DNA from: Pseudobdellovibrionaceae bacterium
GTDB lineage: Bacteria; Bdellovibrionota; Bdellovibrionia; Bdellovibrionales; Bdellovibrionaceae
Length of the DNA stretch: 64,000 nt
Assembly: GCA_039810425.1 (NCBI GenBank)
Contig: JBDHWW010000001.1
Location: forward strand, 32,001-96,000
Direction: 5' to 3'
Shown here in pieces: positions 50,072 through 58,957 of the stretch; the first letter of the stretch is position 1, and the number at the start of each line of letters is the position of its first letter. The position numbers and the translations under genes were made by a program. The notes below the pieces were generated by a model. It saw only the letters and a list, made by a program, of their open reading frames with translations, ran no database searches and had not been told where the DNA came from.

Positions 50072-53056
50072 CTAGTTACTAAACTTAGTCCGCGCTGAAA
50101 GATCGCCAAGTATCTTTCTTGCGGGCAGGCAATATTGGCTTCCTTTACTGCATAGCCAGGCAGCTATTTTTTTTGTTGCCAAGAGAACCTCTTTTTTTTG
50201 TATATCTTCAACGGGTCTCGTAAAAGAGTTCTTTACTAAAGAGCTTTTTCTTAGATTGAGAAGTTGGTTGGTTTCGAAATTCGGAACCTCCAATGCGTCA
50301 ACTCGTCGAAGTACAAAATTAAAAAAACCAATGTCGAGAGAGCTCGAATCGACAAGTATTTTCATGGTCATAAACAAAGATTCTTCTGAAGAGCCTTCTA
50401 AAAATGCTTTTAAACCTTCAAATCTCAGGCCGGCCATTTCATCGATAAAATTGTAACTGCGTTCGACTTTAAAATACTCGTCGATCTTTTTATACGCCTC
50501 GAGCGGGCTGGTGGCATATTTTTGCGAGATCCCCATTACTTCGCTAAGTTTGGTCTTTACTTGTGGCTTGGGAGTAGAATCCTTGTTAGGCGGTTCCTTT
50601 TCTGCTGTTAAAATATCATTGAGCTTATTTGCCTCTTCGTTTCTTCCTAGGGCGCGTAGACATTTCATTGCATTAGATCGATGCCTATGTGGCATCTCAT
50701 TGAGGTTTTTGTCTGAAATATAGCTTTTTAAAAACTCAGGTAGATTGTCGTTTTCGAAAATATTCGTATACGCGCACAGCAAGAGAGAATATGACATAAT
50801 ATATTTTTTAAGTAAGATGGAAGAGTCAGGGGCCTCCATTAATTTGTCAAAAATAGAAATCACATATCCATAGTCGTGAAAGGCATGAAGACATTCTAAA
50901 CCTTGGAAAAGGTACTGCCACTGAAAGTCTTTAATTTGATTTAAATCAAGGACTGGCGGGGAAAGTTCGGAAAACTTAGAGCAAGCCCCCACTTTTAACA
51001 GCCCGGCGTTAACATCTTTTTGTAAAGCCTCAGACATCTTTTTCCGCAAGAACTGATAGGTTTGATTTTCGGTTGTTTTGAGGTTTGTTATGCATTCCCG
51101 ATCACTCTCGACATTGCATAGAAATTCCTCCAGACCTGAATTTGCGGGATATATCGTGTAGCGAAAATTCTTGTAGTAAATGGCGCGCTGTTTTTGTTGA
51201 AGGATGGAAGGAAGAAATTTCGAATCCACGTAGATTCGTTTAGCGACCGGGCTAAATTGATAAACTCCGGCCATGCCGTTAAGAGGAGTTGTTATATACT
51301 GGCCGGCAAAGTTTCTGAATGGCCAAATCCCAGTCTCGACATAATAGCCACGGTCGTCACTACTTTGATGGAGATCTTCATCAAGAATATTCTGACCTTC
51401 CGAAGGGGTGCCTGGAAGGTCAGCTAGTTTTAGAATGGTGGGTATAATATCAATAGTTCCGATATTTTTGTCGTAATTTCTTTTCTTCAATTGGGGAGAC
51501 CCAATGCGGAAGTATGCGAGTTCTGCAGATCCGCCAAATATTAAGCTTCCGCCGTGCTCAACAAATTTCCTCTTGGGGAATTTTGCCCCTAAATCCCAAA
51601 GGTTTTCTCCGTGATCAGAAAGCAAAACAACAATGGCATTTTCGTTGAGTTTGCTTTTTTCTAATTGCTCCATAACCGGATTCAGAAATTTTTTTACAGT
51701 CATATTTACAGCTGAATTATAAATGGACCTATTAAAGCGCGCCTGTATTTTCCATTGATCCACTGTCAGATTTGGTATCAATGTACCATGTTTTTCCTTA
51801 TATGAAAAAGGCACCTTGGCATGTTCTGGAAAAGACTGTTGGGGATAGTAAGGATACGGAAGAATCCCTGGCCAGTGCATGGAACACGTGTGTATAAAGA
51901 GGATCTCCGGCGTGTCGGACTCAGCAACTCTGTTTAGTTCAGTTAAGACTCGACTCGTAAATTCTGGTAGGCTGTAAGAGAAAAAAAAAGCTGAGTTGCG
52001 CGCGAGTTCCGGAACAAAAAATCTTCCCATTGGATTATTAAATAGTCCAAAAACAATTCTGTTTTTGAAAAACGTGGAAAGAACCACATTGGCTGCGGCG
52101 TAGTCTGGAGCCTCGACCTCATCGAAAATTTTTCCGGCAGAGACATTGGCATATTCCATGGTATCAGCCATAAACTTAATTCTGTAACCGTTATGTTTAA
52201 AAACGCTGAGGGGGCTGTTCGCTAGCAATGCATCAGTATCAATTGCTTCTTGCGAAAGGTTTGACCTTACGCCACTGGTGACTGGATTAAGACTTGAAAA
52301 AATTGCGGAGATTGCCGCGTGAGTTTGGGGAAGAGGAGATATAACCCTTTTAAAGCGGGTGCTGTTAGAAAGATATTTGCGCAGCGATTTTGAAGCAGCG
52401 ATGTTCAGCTCAAGTTTAGAATCCCCTCTGAGCGAATCAACGGTTATAAAGATAATTTTAGGTTTTTTAGTAGATCTAGCTATGGAAGGATTCTTTATCA
52501 CTTTTGTCTCGGGATCTAACTCTTGCCAGTAAGCAAAGTAGCAAATGATCAGAATTATGGAAACCACCGAGGTGATGCACTGTTTTGGTGTCTTTTGAGA
52601 TTTTTTTAAAAAGCTGAGCAAATATATTGCCATCAATGCAAACGCAGGAAGCCAACGGATCCAAGGATAATCGAAAAAACACAAGTTTTTGAGGGCGAGG
52701 CTTACCCAGGGCATTTCATCGTAAACTTGAGGGTACTTGATGGCAATGAACAGGCAACCATAGGTCAGCCATAAAAAGTACTGGGTCTTCCGGTGCTTGA
52801 CGAAAAAAATCACTTCGAAGGTCCGGAGCAGGCATCCAAAACTAACATGGATCAAGAAGACTCTAAAAAAGAAAAACGCAACTGGGTAAATTATTTCAAT
52901 ATTGTTTGAGCTGGTTAAGCTGCCGACTCTCGTTGTAGTTAAAACTGAAAAACAAATATATGCGGAAAAAATCATTTCTACAATGAAGGTGATGGCGGAA
53001 AACTTAAACGCGCTTTCGAAACTCCCATCAGCTTTTAAGAAAAAACGTCTCATCAT
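50072..53056 (-). CDS. Membrane-anchored sulfatase-fold (alkaline phosphatase superfamily) hydrolase/transferase with C-terminal extension
   Basis: About 5 N-terminal TMs, IFITVDSLR, SPLPQTH, HWP, LSDHGE, EHG, DIIPTIL. Confidence 0.82.
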   Translation of the reverse strand: MMRRFFLKADGSFESAFKFSAITFIVEMIFSAYICFSVLTTTRVGSLTSSNNIEIIYPVAFFFFRVFLIHVSFGCLLRTFEVIFFVKHRKTQYFLWLTYGCLFIAIKYPQVYDEMPWVSLALKNLCFFDYPWIRWLPAFALMAIYLLSFLKKSQKTPKQCITSVVSIILIICYFAYWQELDPETKVIKNPSIARSTKKPKIIFITVDSLRGDSKLELNIAASKSLRKYLSNSTRFKRVISPLPQTHAAISAIFSSLNPVTSGVRSNLSQEAIDTDALLANSPLSVFKHNGYRIKFMADTMEYANVSAGKIFDEVEAPDYAAANVVLSTFFKNRIVFGLFNNPMGRFFVPELARNSAFFFSYSLPEFTSRVLTELNRVAESDTPEILFIHTCSMHWPGILPYPYYPQQSFPEHAKVPFSYKEKHGTLIPNLTVDQWKIQARFNRSIYNSAVNMTVKKFLNPVMEQLEKSKLNENAIVVLLSDHGENLWDLGAKFPKRKFVEHGGSLIFGGSAELAYFRIGSPQLKKRNYDKNIGTIDIIPTILKLADLPGTPSEGQNILDEDLHQSSDDRGYYVETGIWPFRNFAGQYITTPLNGMAGVYQFSPVAKRIYVDSKFLPSILQQKQRAIYYKNFRYTIYPANSGLEEFLCNVESDRECITNLKTTENQTYQFLRKKMSEALQKDVNAGLLKVGACSKFSELSPPVLDLNQIKDFQWQYLFQGLECLHAFHDYGYVISIFDKLMEAPDSSILLKKYIMSYSLLLCAYTNIFENDNLPEFLKSYISDKNLNEMPHRHRSNAMKCLRALGRNEEANKLNDILTAEKEPPNKDSTPKPQVKTKLSEVMGISQKYATSPLEAYKKIDEYFKVERSYNFIDEMAGLRFEGLKAFLEGSSEESLFMTMKILVDSSSLDIGFFNFVLRRVDALEVPNFETNQLLNLRKSSLVKNSFTRPVEDIQKKEVLLATKKIAAWLCSKGSQYCLPARKILGDLSARTKFSN

Positions 53057-53076
53057 ACTTCCGTTGAAATAATTTT

Positions 53077-53823
53077 TCAGAGGTGTTCAGTCGCATTTTC
53101 GGGTGAGATTAAATGCTCGATATCTGCTGGTCCCTTGACGCTCACCATGAAAGTATATCTATCTGTTTTAGAGAGATTAATGACTGCATGTCTATAGCCG
53201 GTATTGAGAAAGTAGGCAATTCCCGGGCGCAAGTAGAAAGAATGAATTTCTTTTTTAACCCAAAATATATTCAAGCATTCTGGAGTGGAAATTATCGGTA
53301 GGATGATTCGGACTGCGTACGACGGGTCATAGTCAATATGTGGGGCAATACTCGCACCCGCGGGCAAGCGAACAAGTCTGATCCGAGTTGCTTCACCCTT
53401 TAACGGAGCAAGAATTTTGTCGAAAAGGAAACGGTGTTGCTCGTAAATCAGCGACTTCTTCGAGTAAGTTGCTTCATTGAACGGAGAGTTTGATTGAGCC
53501 GACAATTGCTTTCTCGTGCGAACGCCCTTTGAAACCCCCTCGGCTCTCAGTGTGTCATGGGCTTCCTTGCAACTGCTAAGGCTTACATTGTTTTGTTCGA
53601 TTTCCGACTCAGTTAAGGCCACTTGAAAAAAGTTTTCGTAAAAGACATCTTCAGTAAGTTGATGATTGATGCCACAAAGGCTTTTGTTGGCTTCAATGAC
53701 GGAAGTAAATTGATTTTGCAATTGATGAACGCAGTTTTTAAGCTCGGCTAGAGTCTCTTCCCCAAGGCAGAGATGATTAAGAACTTCACATGGTGGAAGA
53801 AGATGCTTAAGGCGCTTTTCCAT
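53077..53823 (-). CDS. AspH-like 2OG-Fe(II) dioxygenase
   Basis: RIRLVRL..GASIAPHID...RIILPI...NTG.RHAVIN....DR. Confidence 0.82.
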   Translation of the reverse strand: MEKRLKHLLPPCEVLNHLCLGEETLAELKNCVHQLQNQFTSVIEANKSLCGINHQLTEDVFYENFFQVALTESEIEQNNVSLSSCKEAHDTLRAEGVSKGVRTRKQLSAQSNSPFNEATYSKKSLIYEQHRFLFDKILAPLKGEATRIRLVRLPAGASIAPHIDYDPSYAVRIILPIISTPECLNIFWVKKEIHSFYLRPGIAYFLNTGYRHAVINLSKTDRYTFMVSVKGPADIEHLISPENATEHL

Positions 53824-53825
53824 AC

Positions 53826-54530
53826 TCAGCGGACTTTAATAAGATTGTATAGATACTGACCCCAGTCACTCCAGTGTCTGAAGGAGCTATTGCTGGGCTG
53901 TTGATGATGGTACTGATGCCAACCCTCGCCGGCCATCAGGAATCCGAGGAGAGGTTTGTTCACCGGACCTTGGTCATTGTGGCAAAGAACGTTCGTGGTA
54001 CTGCCGGCGAACCACATTAGAAAAGCTGGTACGATCAGAAGCCCCCAATACCATACCGCAGGCAACAATAAAAATCCTGCTGCGTGTAGCACTAAGAGAA
54101 ATTGGAAATAATTTTTATGCTGTAGAATATAGCGGCGCTGTCGTAACAGGTCCGGCACATAACGAACAATGTCTTCATCTCCGCTCGAGTACCAGTAAGT
54201 TTTAAGCCAGCCGGTGTGCTGTGGAGAATGGGGGTCTTGAGCTGTATCGCTAAAACGATGGTGTTTTCGATGCGTCCCCGCCCAGGCGATGGCCGACCCC
54301 GAAACACCTATCCAGGAAAAGAAAAGCAATATTCGATCGAACGCTGGGTAAATCGGGTGTCGGTGGGCAAGGACCCTATGAAAATAGACGGTTCCGCAAA
54401 ACCCCACGTACACAACCTGTGAAACAACAATCGTTAATAGGGCGGTAGTAAAGGGTACAAAAATCAGACCAATAAAAAATCCGAGGTGAATGTAAACTTG
54501 AGATAATAAAAGTGTTTTCTTAAAATTCAT
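53826..54530 (-). CDS. Membrane fatty acid (delta-9-like) desaturase
   Basis: Three His boxes HRVLAH, HRKHH, HQYHH plus DPHSP and GEGW. Confidence 0.92.
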   Translation of the reverse strand: MNFKKTLLLSQVYIHLGFFIGLIFVPFTTALLTIVVSQVVYVGFCGTVYFHRVLAHRHPIYPAFDRILLFFSWIGVSGSAIAWAGTHRKHHRFSDTAQDPHSPQHTGWLKTYWYSSGDEDIVRYVPDLLRQRRYILQHKNYFQFLLVLHAAGFLLLPAVWYWGLLIVPAFLMWFAGSTTNVLCHNDQGPVNKPLLGFLMAGEGWHQYHHQQPSNSSFRHWSDWGQYLYNLIKVR

Positions 54531-54700
54531 TCTTAAAAACTAGATCACGAGGGATGGAATATTTAAAACGATAACTCGTCGCACACTGTCTTTTAATGAG
54601 ACAGTTGGATTGAAAGTCGTTGGTATGGAAAGCTAGCCTGAAAACAAACGATTTGGAGTTTTGTCTTGATTGATGATGTCTTAACTGTTAAAAATAAGCA

Positions 54701-55189
54701 GTGGGGATATTAACTCAAAATTCACGACGTCAATTTTTATTTCAAGGTTTTGCCACTTTGACATTATTGTCCATGTGGAAGGGCTTCGGCTCCTTTGCAT
54801 CAAAATCATCAGCATTTTCTGTGTGCTATGGAATAGATGTTTCTAACATTCCAGATTTGAACTTAAAAAACCCAGAGTCAGCCTATGTAGAGGTTTTTCA
54901 ACGCTTTTGTGCCCCTCGACTTTCGCCGGAGTGGATCGCGCGTGAAGATCAGGTGAAGCATCAGGCCCTTCAGGCGGGGCGTCTGCTCAGTGCAGAAATT
55001 GTTTTTGAACCTTCCAACGGCCATATTAAGATTCTAACGTCTTGGCGAGATAAAGAGTCATTTCACGCTTACTATTCCAAAGCACAGCTATACAAACTTG
55101 ACGAAGCCTTTCAGTTGGGCGGACTCCATCCGCGCGTTTTTAACGCGGAGAATATCTTCCCTCAATTGACGGGGGCGGAGCGGGGTTAG
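54701..55189 (+). CDS. Twin-arginine signal protein, possibly ABM/dimeric alpha-beta barrel-like
   Basis: SRRQFL + hydrophobic stretch; C-terminal TSWRDKESFHAY pattern. Confidence 0.55.
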   Translation: MGILTQNSRRQFLFQGFATLTLLSMWKGFGSFASKSSAFSVCYGIDVSNIPDLNLKNPESAYVEVFQRFCAPRLSPEWIAREDQVKHQALQAGRLLSAEIVFEPSNGHIKILTSWRDKESFHAYYSKAQLYKLDEAFQLGGLHPRVFNAENIFPQLTGAERG

Positions 55190-55203
55190 TAGCTTAGTTT
55201 CAA

Positions 55204-56919
55204 ATGTGTGGGATTGTTGGCGGGTTTGATCCAGACTACAGAATTGAGAAAATCAACTGTGCGTTGAGAGCCATCCATGGCAGAGGTCCGGATCGTTCTC
55301 AGACCTATAAAATCGACTCATCCCGTTTTTTGGCTTTTAATCTTCTAGGGATTCACTCAAAAAATTCAAACAAGCTTGTGCAACCATTTCACAACGAAGG
55401 GACCACCCTCAGTGTCTGTGTGAACGGGGAAATTTATAATTATAGAGCCCTCCGTTCTGATCTTGAAAAAAAAGGATGTGTCTTTAAGTCAGAATCCGAT
55501 TGTGAAGTGGTTCTGCACGGCCTTGACTACTATGGAACGGATTTTTTCTCGTATTTGAATGGCGAATATGCCGTGGTCGCCTATTTTCACCGAACCAGGA
55601 AGTGGATTTGCGCCGTGGATCATGTCGGCACCAAACCACTTAAGTACTACTTAGACCGGGAAAGGTTCCTGATAGCCTCATCGGCAGAAGCGCTAGGATG
55701 TTTGGGGATTTCTTTGACGCTCGATGAGGGGGCGTGTCTATTTTCTTTCCATACTGCTTGCCTGCCCCGGGGAAAGACGTTGTTTTCAAGTATTTGGACG
55801 ATTCCCCCGGGACATTACTTAGAGGTGGATGAGCATTTGAATCAACGTATTCAGCCGTATACCACTGATTATTTGGGAGATGATATTGCACAAACCCTGG
55901 AAGAAGCCATTGAAAGTTCTGTGCGAGTTCGTGTCCCAAGTCACTTTAAACTGGCGCTTTCTCTGAGTGGGGGGTTGGACTCAAGCCTCTTGGCTCTTTT
56001 TTTGCGGAAGCTTGATGTCGACTTTGAATGTTTTAGCGTTGATTTTGAGGGAAGTCCGTTTTCGGAGCGTGAAGACATTCAAGCATTTTGCCGAACTCAT
56101 GGATTAAGCACGGAGTATGTTCCCATTTTTCAACAAGATCTGATTCGTGAGTTCCCGAGATCTGTTAAGAACGCAGAGAATCTTGTGATTAACGCCCACT
56201 CCGCCGGTAAGCTTATTCTGAATCAAAAAATTTCTGAGGCGGGGTATAGAGTTTGCCTTACCGGCGATGGGGCCGATGAGTTTTTCTGGGGATATTCGCA
56301 TTTTCACCAAAGTGATGGGTATCAGTTTGTACGTGATAGTACTCAGATCGGCTCGCGTTACACGCAGATTTTGGATTCCCGTTGGCATTCAATGCTTTTG
56401 AGTTCGAGCCTGTTCGAGGACTATCGAAAGACTCATATAAACCCCACGGAACAAGAGCTCTATAATAATTATTGGTTCAATGAATACGGTTTGAAAATCC
56501 TTGGCGACGCGCAGGCAGCCACACAAAGTCTCGAGTATCGGTATCCTTTTATCGATCGAAGGATTATTCAGAACGCTCGTGTGTTGCAAATGACTCGGCA
56601 AGACAACGCGCCATCAAAGCGCATACTAAGAAAAATATGTGAGACTTACGATGTCCACAGGGCTCAAACGCCAAAACGTCCTTTTACCGCGCCGCTATTC
56701 ACAAAAGAATGGCTGCCACTTTTTGAGGAATTTGTTTTTGTAGACAGCTTTAGAAATCTGGGGTTATTTCAATCTGATAGGCTGAAAGAGTATATTTTGC
56801 GGCTTCGGTTTCATCATTTGGAGGACATGCCCAAGGCGAGTTCCGTTCTTTTGACTCAAATCCTTTCCCTGGGTATTTTGAATCATGAATTCTGTATTGC
56901 ACGAGAAGCGAAATTATAA
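55204..56919 (+). CDS. Asparagine synthetase B-like glutamine amidotransferase
   Basis: MCGIVG, RGPD, NGEIYN, SGGLDS, TGDGADE..WGY, LEYRYPF.D. Confidence 0.92.
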   Translation: MCGIVGGFDPDYRIEKINCALRAIHGRGPDRSQTYKIDSSRFLAFNLLGIHSKNSNKLVQPFHNEGTTLSVCVNGEIYNYRALRSDLEKKGCVFKSESDCEVVLHGLDYYGTDFFSYLNGEYAVVAYFHRTRKWICAVDHVGTKPLKYYLDRERFLIASSAEALGCLGISLTLDEGACLFSFHTACLPRGKTLFSSIWTIPPGHYLEVDEHLNQRIQPYTTDYLGDDIAQTLEEAIESSVRVRVPSHFKLALSLSGGLDSSLLALFLRKLDVDFECFSVDFEGSPFSEREDIQAFCRTHGLSTEYVPIFQQDLIREFPRSVKNAENLVINAHSAGKLILNQKISEAGYRVCLTGDGADEFFWGYSHFHQSDGYQFVRDSTQIGSRYTQILDSRWHSMLLSSSLFEDYRKTHINPTEQELYNNYWFNEYGLKILGDAQAATQSLEYRYPFIDRRIIQNARVLQMTRQDNAPSKRILRKICETYDVHRAQTPKRPFTAPLFTKEWLPLFEEFVFVDSFRNLGLFQSDRLKEYILRLRFHHLEDMPKASSVLLTQILSLGILNHEFCIAREAKL

Positions 56920-57472
56920 GCTGCTGACCTTAAGCAAAGACAATAAAGCGGAGATCTTGTCACTTCTAAGGCAAGAGCTTTACAAGAAATTTGAAGTTCA
57001 AAGAGATGAAGACCTTCCAGAGAACTACTCGAATGTAAAGCCATGGTCTCTTCTGAGAATGATTGAAGACGATGCGATGGATATTTATCAGCTTGTCTAT
57101 GTTAGTGGCAAATTTTGGGCGAGTTGCGGTGGTATCATTCGGAACTTACCAAATGGGGAAAAGATTTACCAAGGGGCTTTTAGAACCCTCAGTCGCTCTC
57201 ATTGCAATATATATAAAGGATTCGGAACAAAACCTTACATTGCGGGTCTGTGCTTGCCGATCCAAATTGAAAGAGCGAAAAAATTAGGTTGTGATAAGTT
57301 TGTTTTGTCTTTTAATTTAAGCAATACAAGGTTGTATAATATTGTAACCAAATATTTTAGTAAAAGAACTTTTTTGGGTGTGGATCAGATTTTAAAAAAC
57401 TTTACGGCGACGTCAACGCCGATGACTTTCAATGGAGTGGAACAGTGGTTACTGGAAATGAAATTGAAATAA
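56885..57472 (+). CDS. Hypothetical protein, possibly GNAT-fold
   Basis: Overlaps asnB-like stop; QIERAKKLGC..FVLSFN..N.RL resembles GNAT C-terminal motif. Confidence 0.5.
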   Translation: MNSVLHEKRNYKLLTLSKDNKAEILSLLRQELYKKFEVQRDEDLPENYSNVKPWSLLRMIEDDAMDIYQLVYVSGKFWASCGGIIRNLPNGEKIYQGAFRTLSRSHCNIYKGFGTKPYIAGLCLPIQIERAKKLGCDKFVLSFNLSNTRLYNIVTKYFSKRTFLGVDQILKNFTATSTPMTFNGVEQWLLEMKLK

Positions 57473-57996
57473 CGGCGGCCACTCGTGGCGCTTTAGCAGA
57501 AATATTTTCGCAGCAATATTCAGCTTTAGAAAACAACTCGCAGAAATTATTTTGCTTCAGCGAGGGTGATTATGCTCTCGTTCAAGAGTACTATAACAAG
57601 ATTTCATACGAACATCTCAATATCGTTTATAACCATCAAGGGCAGCCCATCATGTCGGTCTTTACCTTTTCCGGGAAAAGGTTTTTACGAATGGAGCGGC
57701 TACTCGGACAAAAGGATCTTAAGGTCATTGGCATAAGAATTTTTAAGAACTCCATCGTCCCTATGCATGTAGATCCAAACTATGGGTCCACCGGCAGAGA
57801 AAACCCAGTTTTGTCCTTAGTTGTGGCAGGGAGTGAGAACGGCCGAGTCTATTTTTCAAATAGAAAAGATGGTTCAAAAAAAGTGATGATTCCCGGTCTT
57901 TCACAGTTTGTGATGTGTCCTACGGAAGTTGAGCATGGCGCTAATTCCGCGGATCAAGATATGGACATCATTCAAATTATGGTTGACCCAATTTAA
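57445..57996 (+). CDS. 2OG-Fe(II)/cupin-fold dioxygenase-like protein
   Basis: IRIF....VPMHVD...LSLVV...EHGAN...IQI (HxD...H). Confidence 0.6.
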   Translation: MVTGNEIEITAATRGALAEIFSQQYSALENNSQKLFCFSEGDYALVQEYYNKISYEHLNIVYNHQGQPIMSVFTFSGKRFLRMERLLGQKDLKVIGIRIFKNSIVPMHVDPNYGSTGRENPVLSLVVAGSENGRVYFSNRKDGSKKVMIPGLSQFVMCPTEVEHGANSADQDMDIIQIMVDPI

Positions 57997-58081
57997 TGTA
58001 GGGAAGTGAGACAGCCCAAGCACAGATCGGCGGAAAATTGGGGAAGCGTGAACTGCTTTACTATTTAGTTATAGGTTATCA

Positions 58082-58879
58082 ATGAAAAAACACGATTTTT
58101 TAAAAAAATACTTGGATTCCGATGGTGTCGTTAACCCCGACATCTTGGATGTAGACGACGAGCTCTTAGATATTGGCTGGTTGCCGATTTCCAACACAGT
58201 GATTGAACCGGACAACTGGGACCTGTTTTGGCGTCTTTGGAATCAGGAAAAAATCACGTTACGTCCGAAAAACTATGAAACAATCACCTGGCAGACCCTG
58301 TGTATCTGGAAGGCTTCATACCTCTCTGAAGAAGATGTGCAAAAGATTTACCCGCAGAAGGTTGTTGATTGGGAAAAGCATTTTCCCAAAATGTTGTCTC
58401 AAATTAGAGCGCTTATGCCTTTTGAAGAGATTTGGAAAATCACTTTAGCGGAAAGCATGAACCGGGTGCCTGCCCATGTGGATCTTCCCCTAGATCCACA
58501 ATATCAAATGCTCTATCCCTGGCCGAATTCTGTTCGTGTATTACTTTATGATGAAAACAAAGCCCCGACATTTTATTTAACCCAATGGCCACCGTATCTT
58601 TTAGAAGAAGGGAAAATAAAAAATTCTTTTAGTATGAAAGAATGGGGTTTCCTAGAGGATCCAAAGGCTGAAGATAAATGCTATGTGGCTTTACCGAACC
58701 ACTCGAATGCGTTTGTATATGCCAACGGGCCCCTCCTGCATGGCTCCGACTATCATGGGAGATCTAAAATTTTAGTTATGATATGGGGAAGGCCAAGCCC
58801 AGAAAAGTGGAAACAGAAGCTGAAAAATCTTAAAGAAGAGTTTCCCCAATACCGTGATCTTGGCTGCCTTTCTTATTGA
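58082..58879 (+). CDS. 2OG-Fe(II)/AspH-like dioxygenase-like protein
   Basis: VPAHVD...VRVLL...NAFVY.N...LHGSD....KILVMI (HxD...H...K). Confidence 0.62.
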   Translation: MKKHDFLKKYLDSDGVVNPDILDVDDELLDIGWLPISNTVIEPDNWDLFWRLWNQEKITLRPKNYETITWQTLCIWKASYLSEEDVQKIYPQKVVDWEKHFPKMLSQIRALMPFEEIWKITLAESMNRVPAHVDLPLDPQYQMLYPWPNSVRVLLYDENKAPTFYLTQWPPYLLEEGKIKNSFSMKEWGFLEDPKAEDKCYVALPNHSNAFVYANGPLLHGSDYHGRSKILVMIWGRPSPEKWKQKLKNLKEEFPQYRDLGCLSY

Positions 58880-58957
58880 TAGGTCAGTCCGTGAAAGGAT
58901 CTCATTTAGCACATGGGTTGACTTTACGGTCTTTTGTGTAAAAATCTATTCGTCAAT

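Noticed and set aside
55204..56919. Lasso peptide cyclase interpretation of the AsnB-like gene
   Set aside because: Retains the N-terminal catalytic Cys glutaminase domain; no B1/B2 proteins or precursor nearby.
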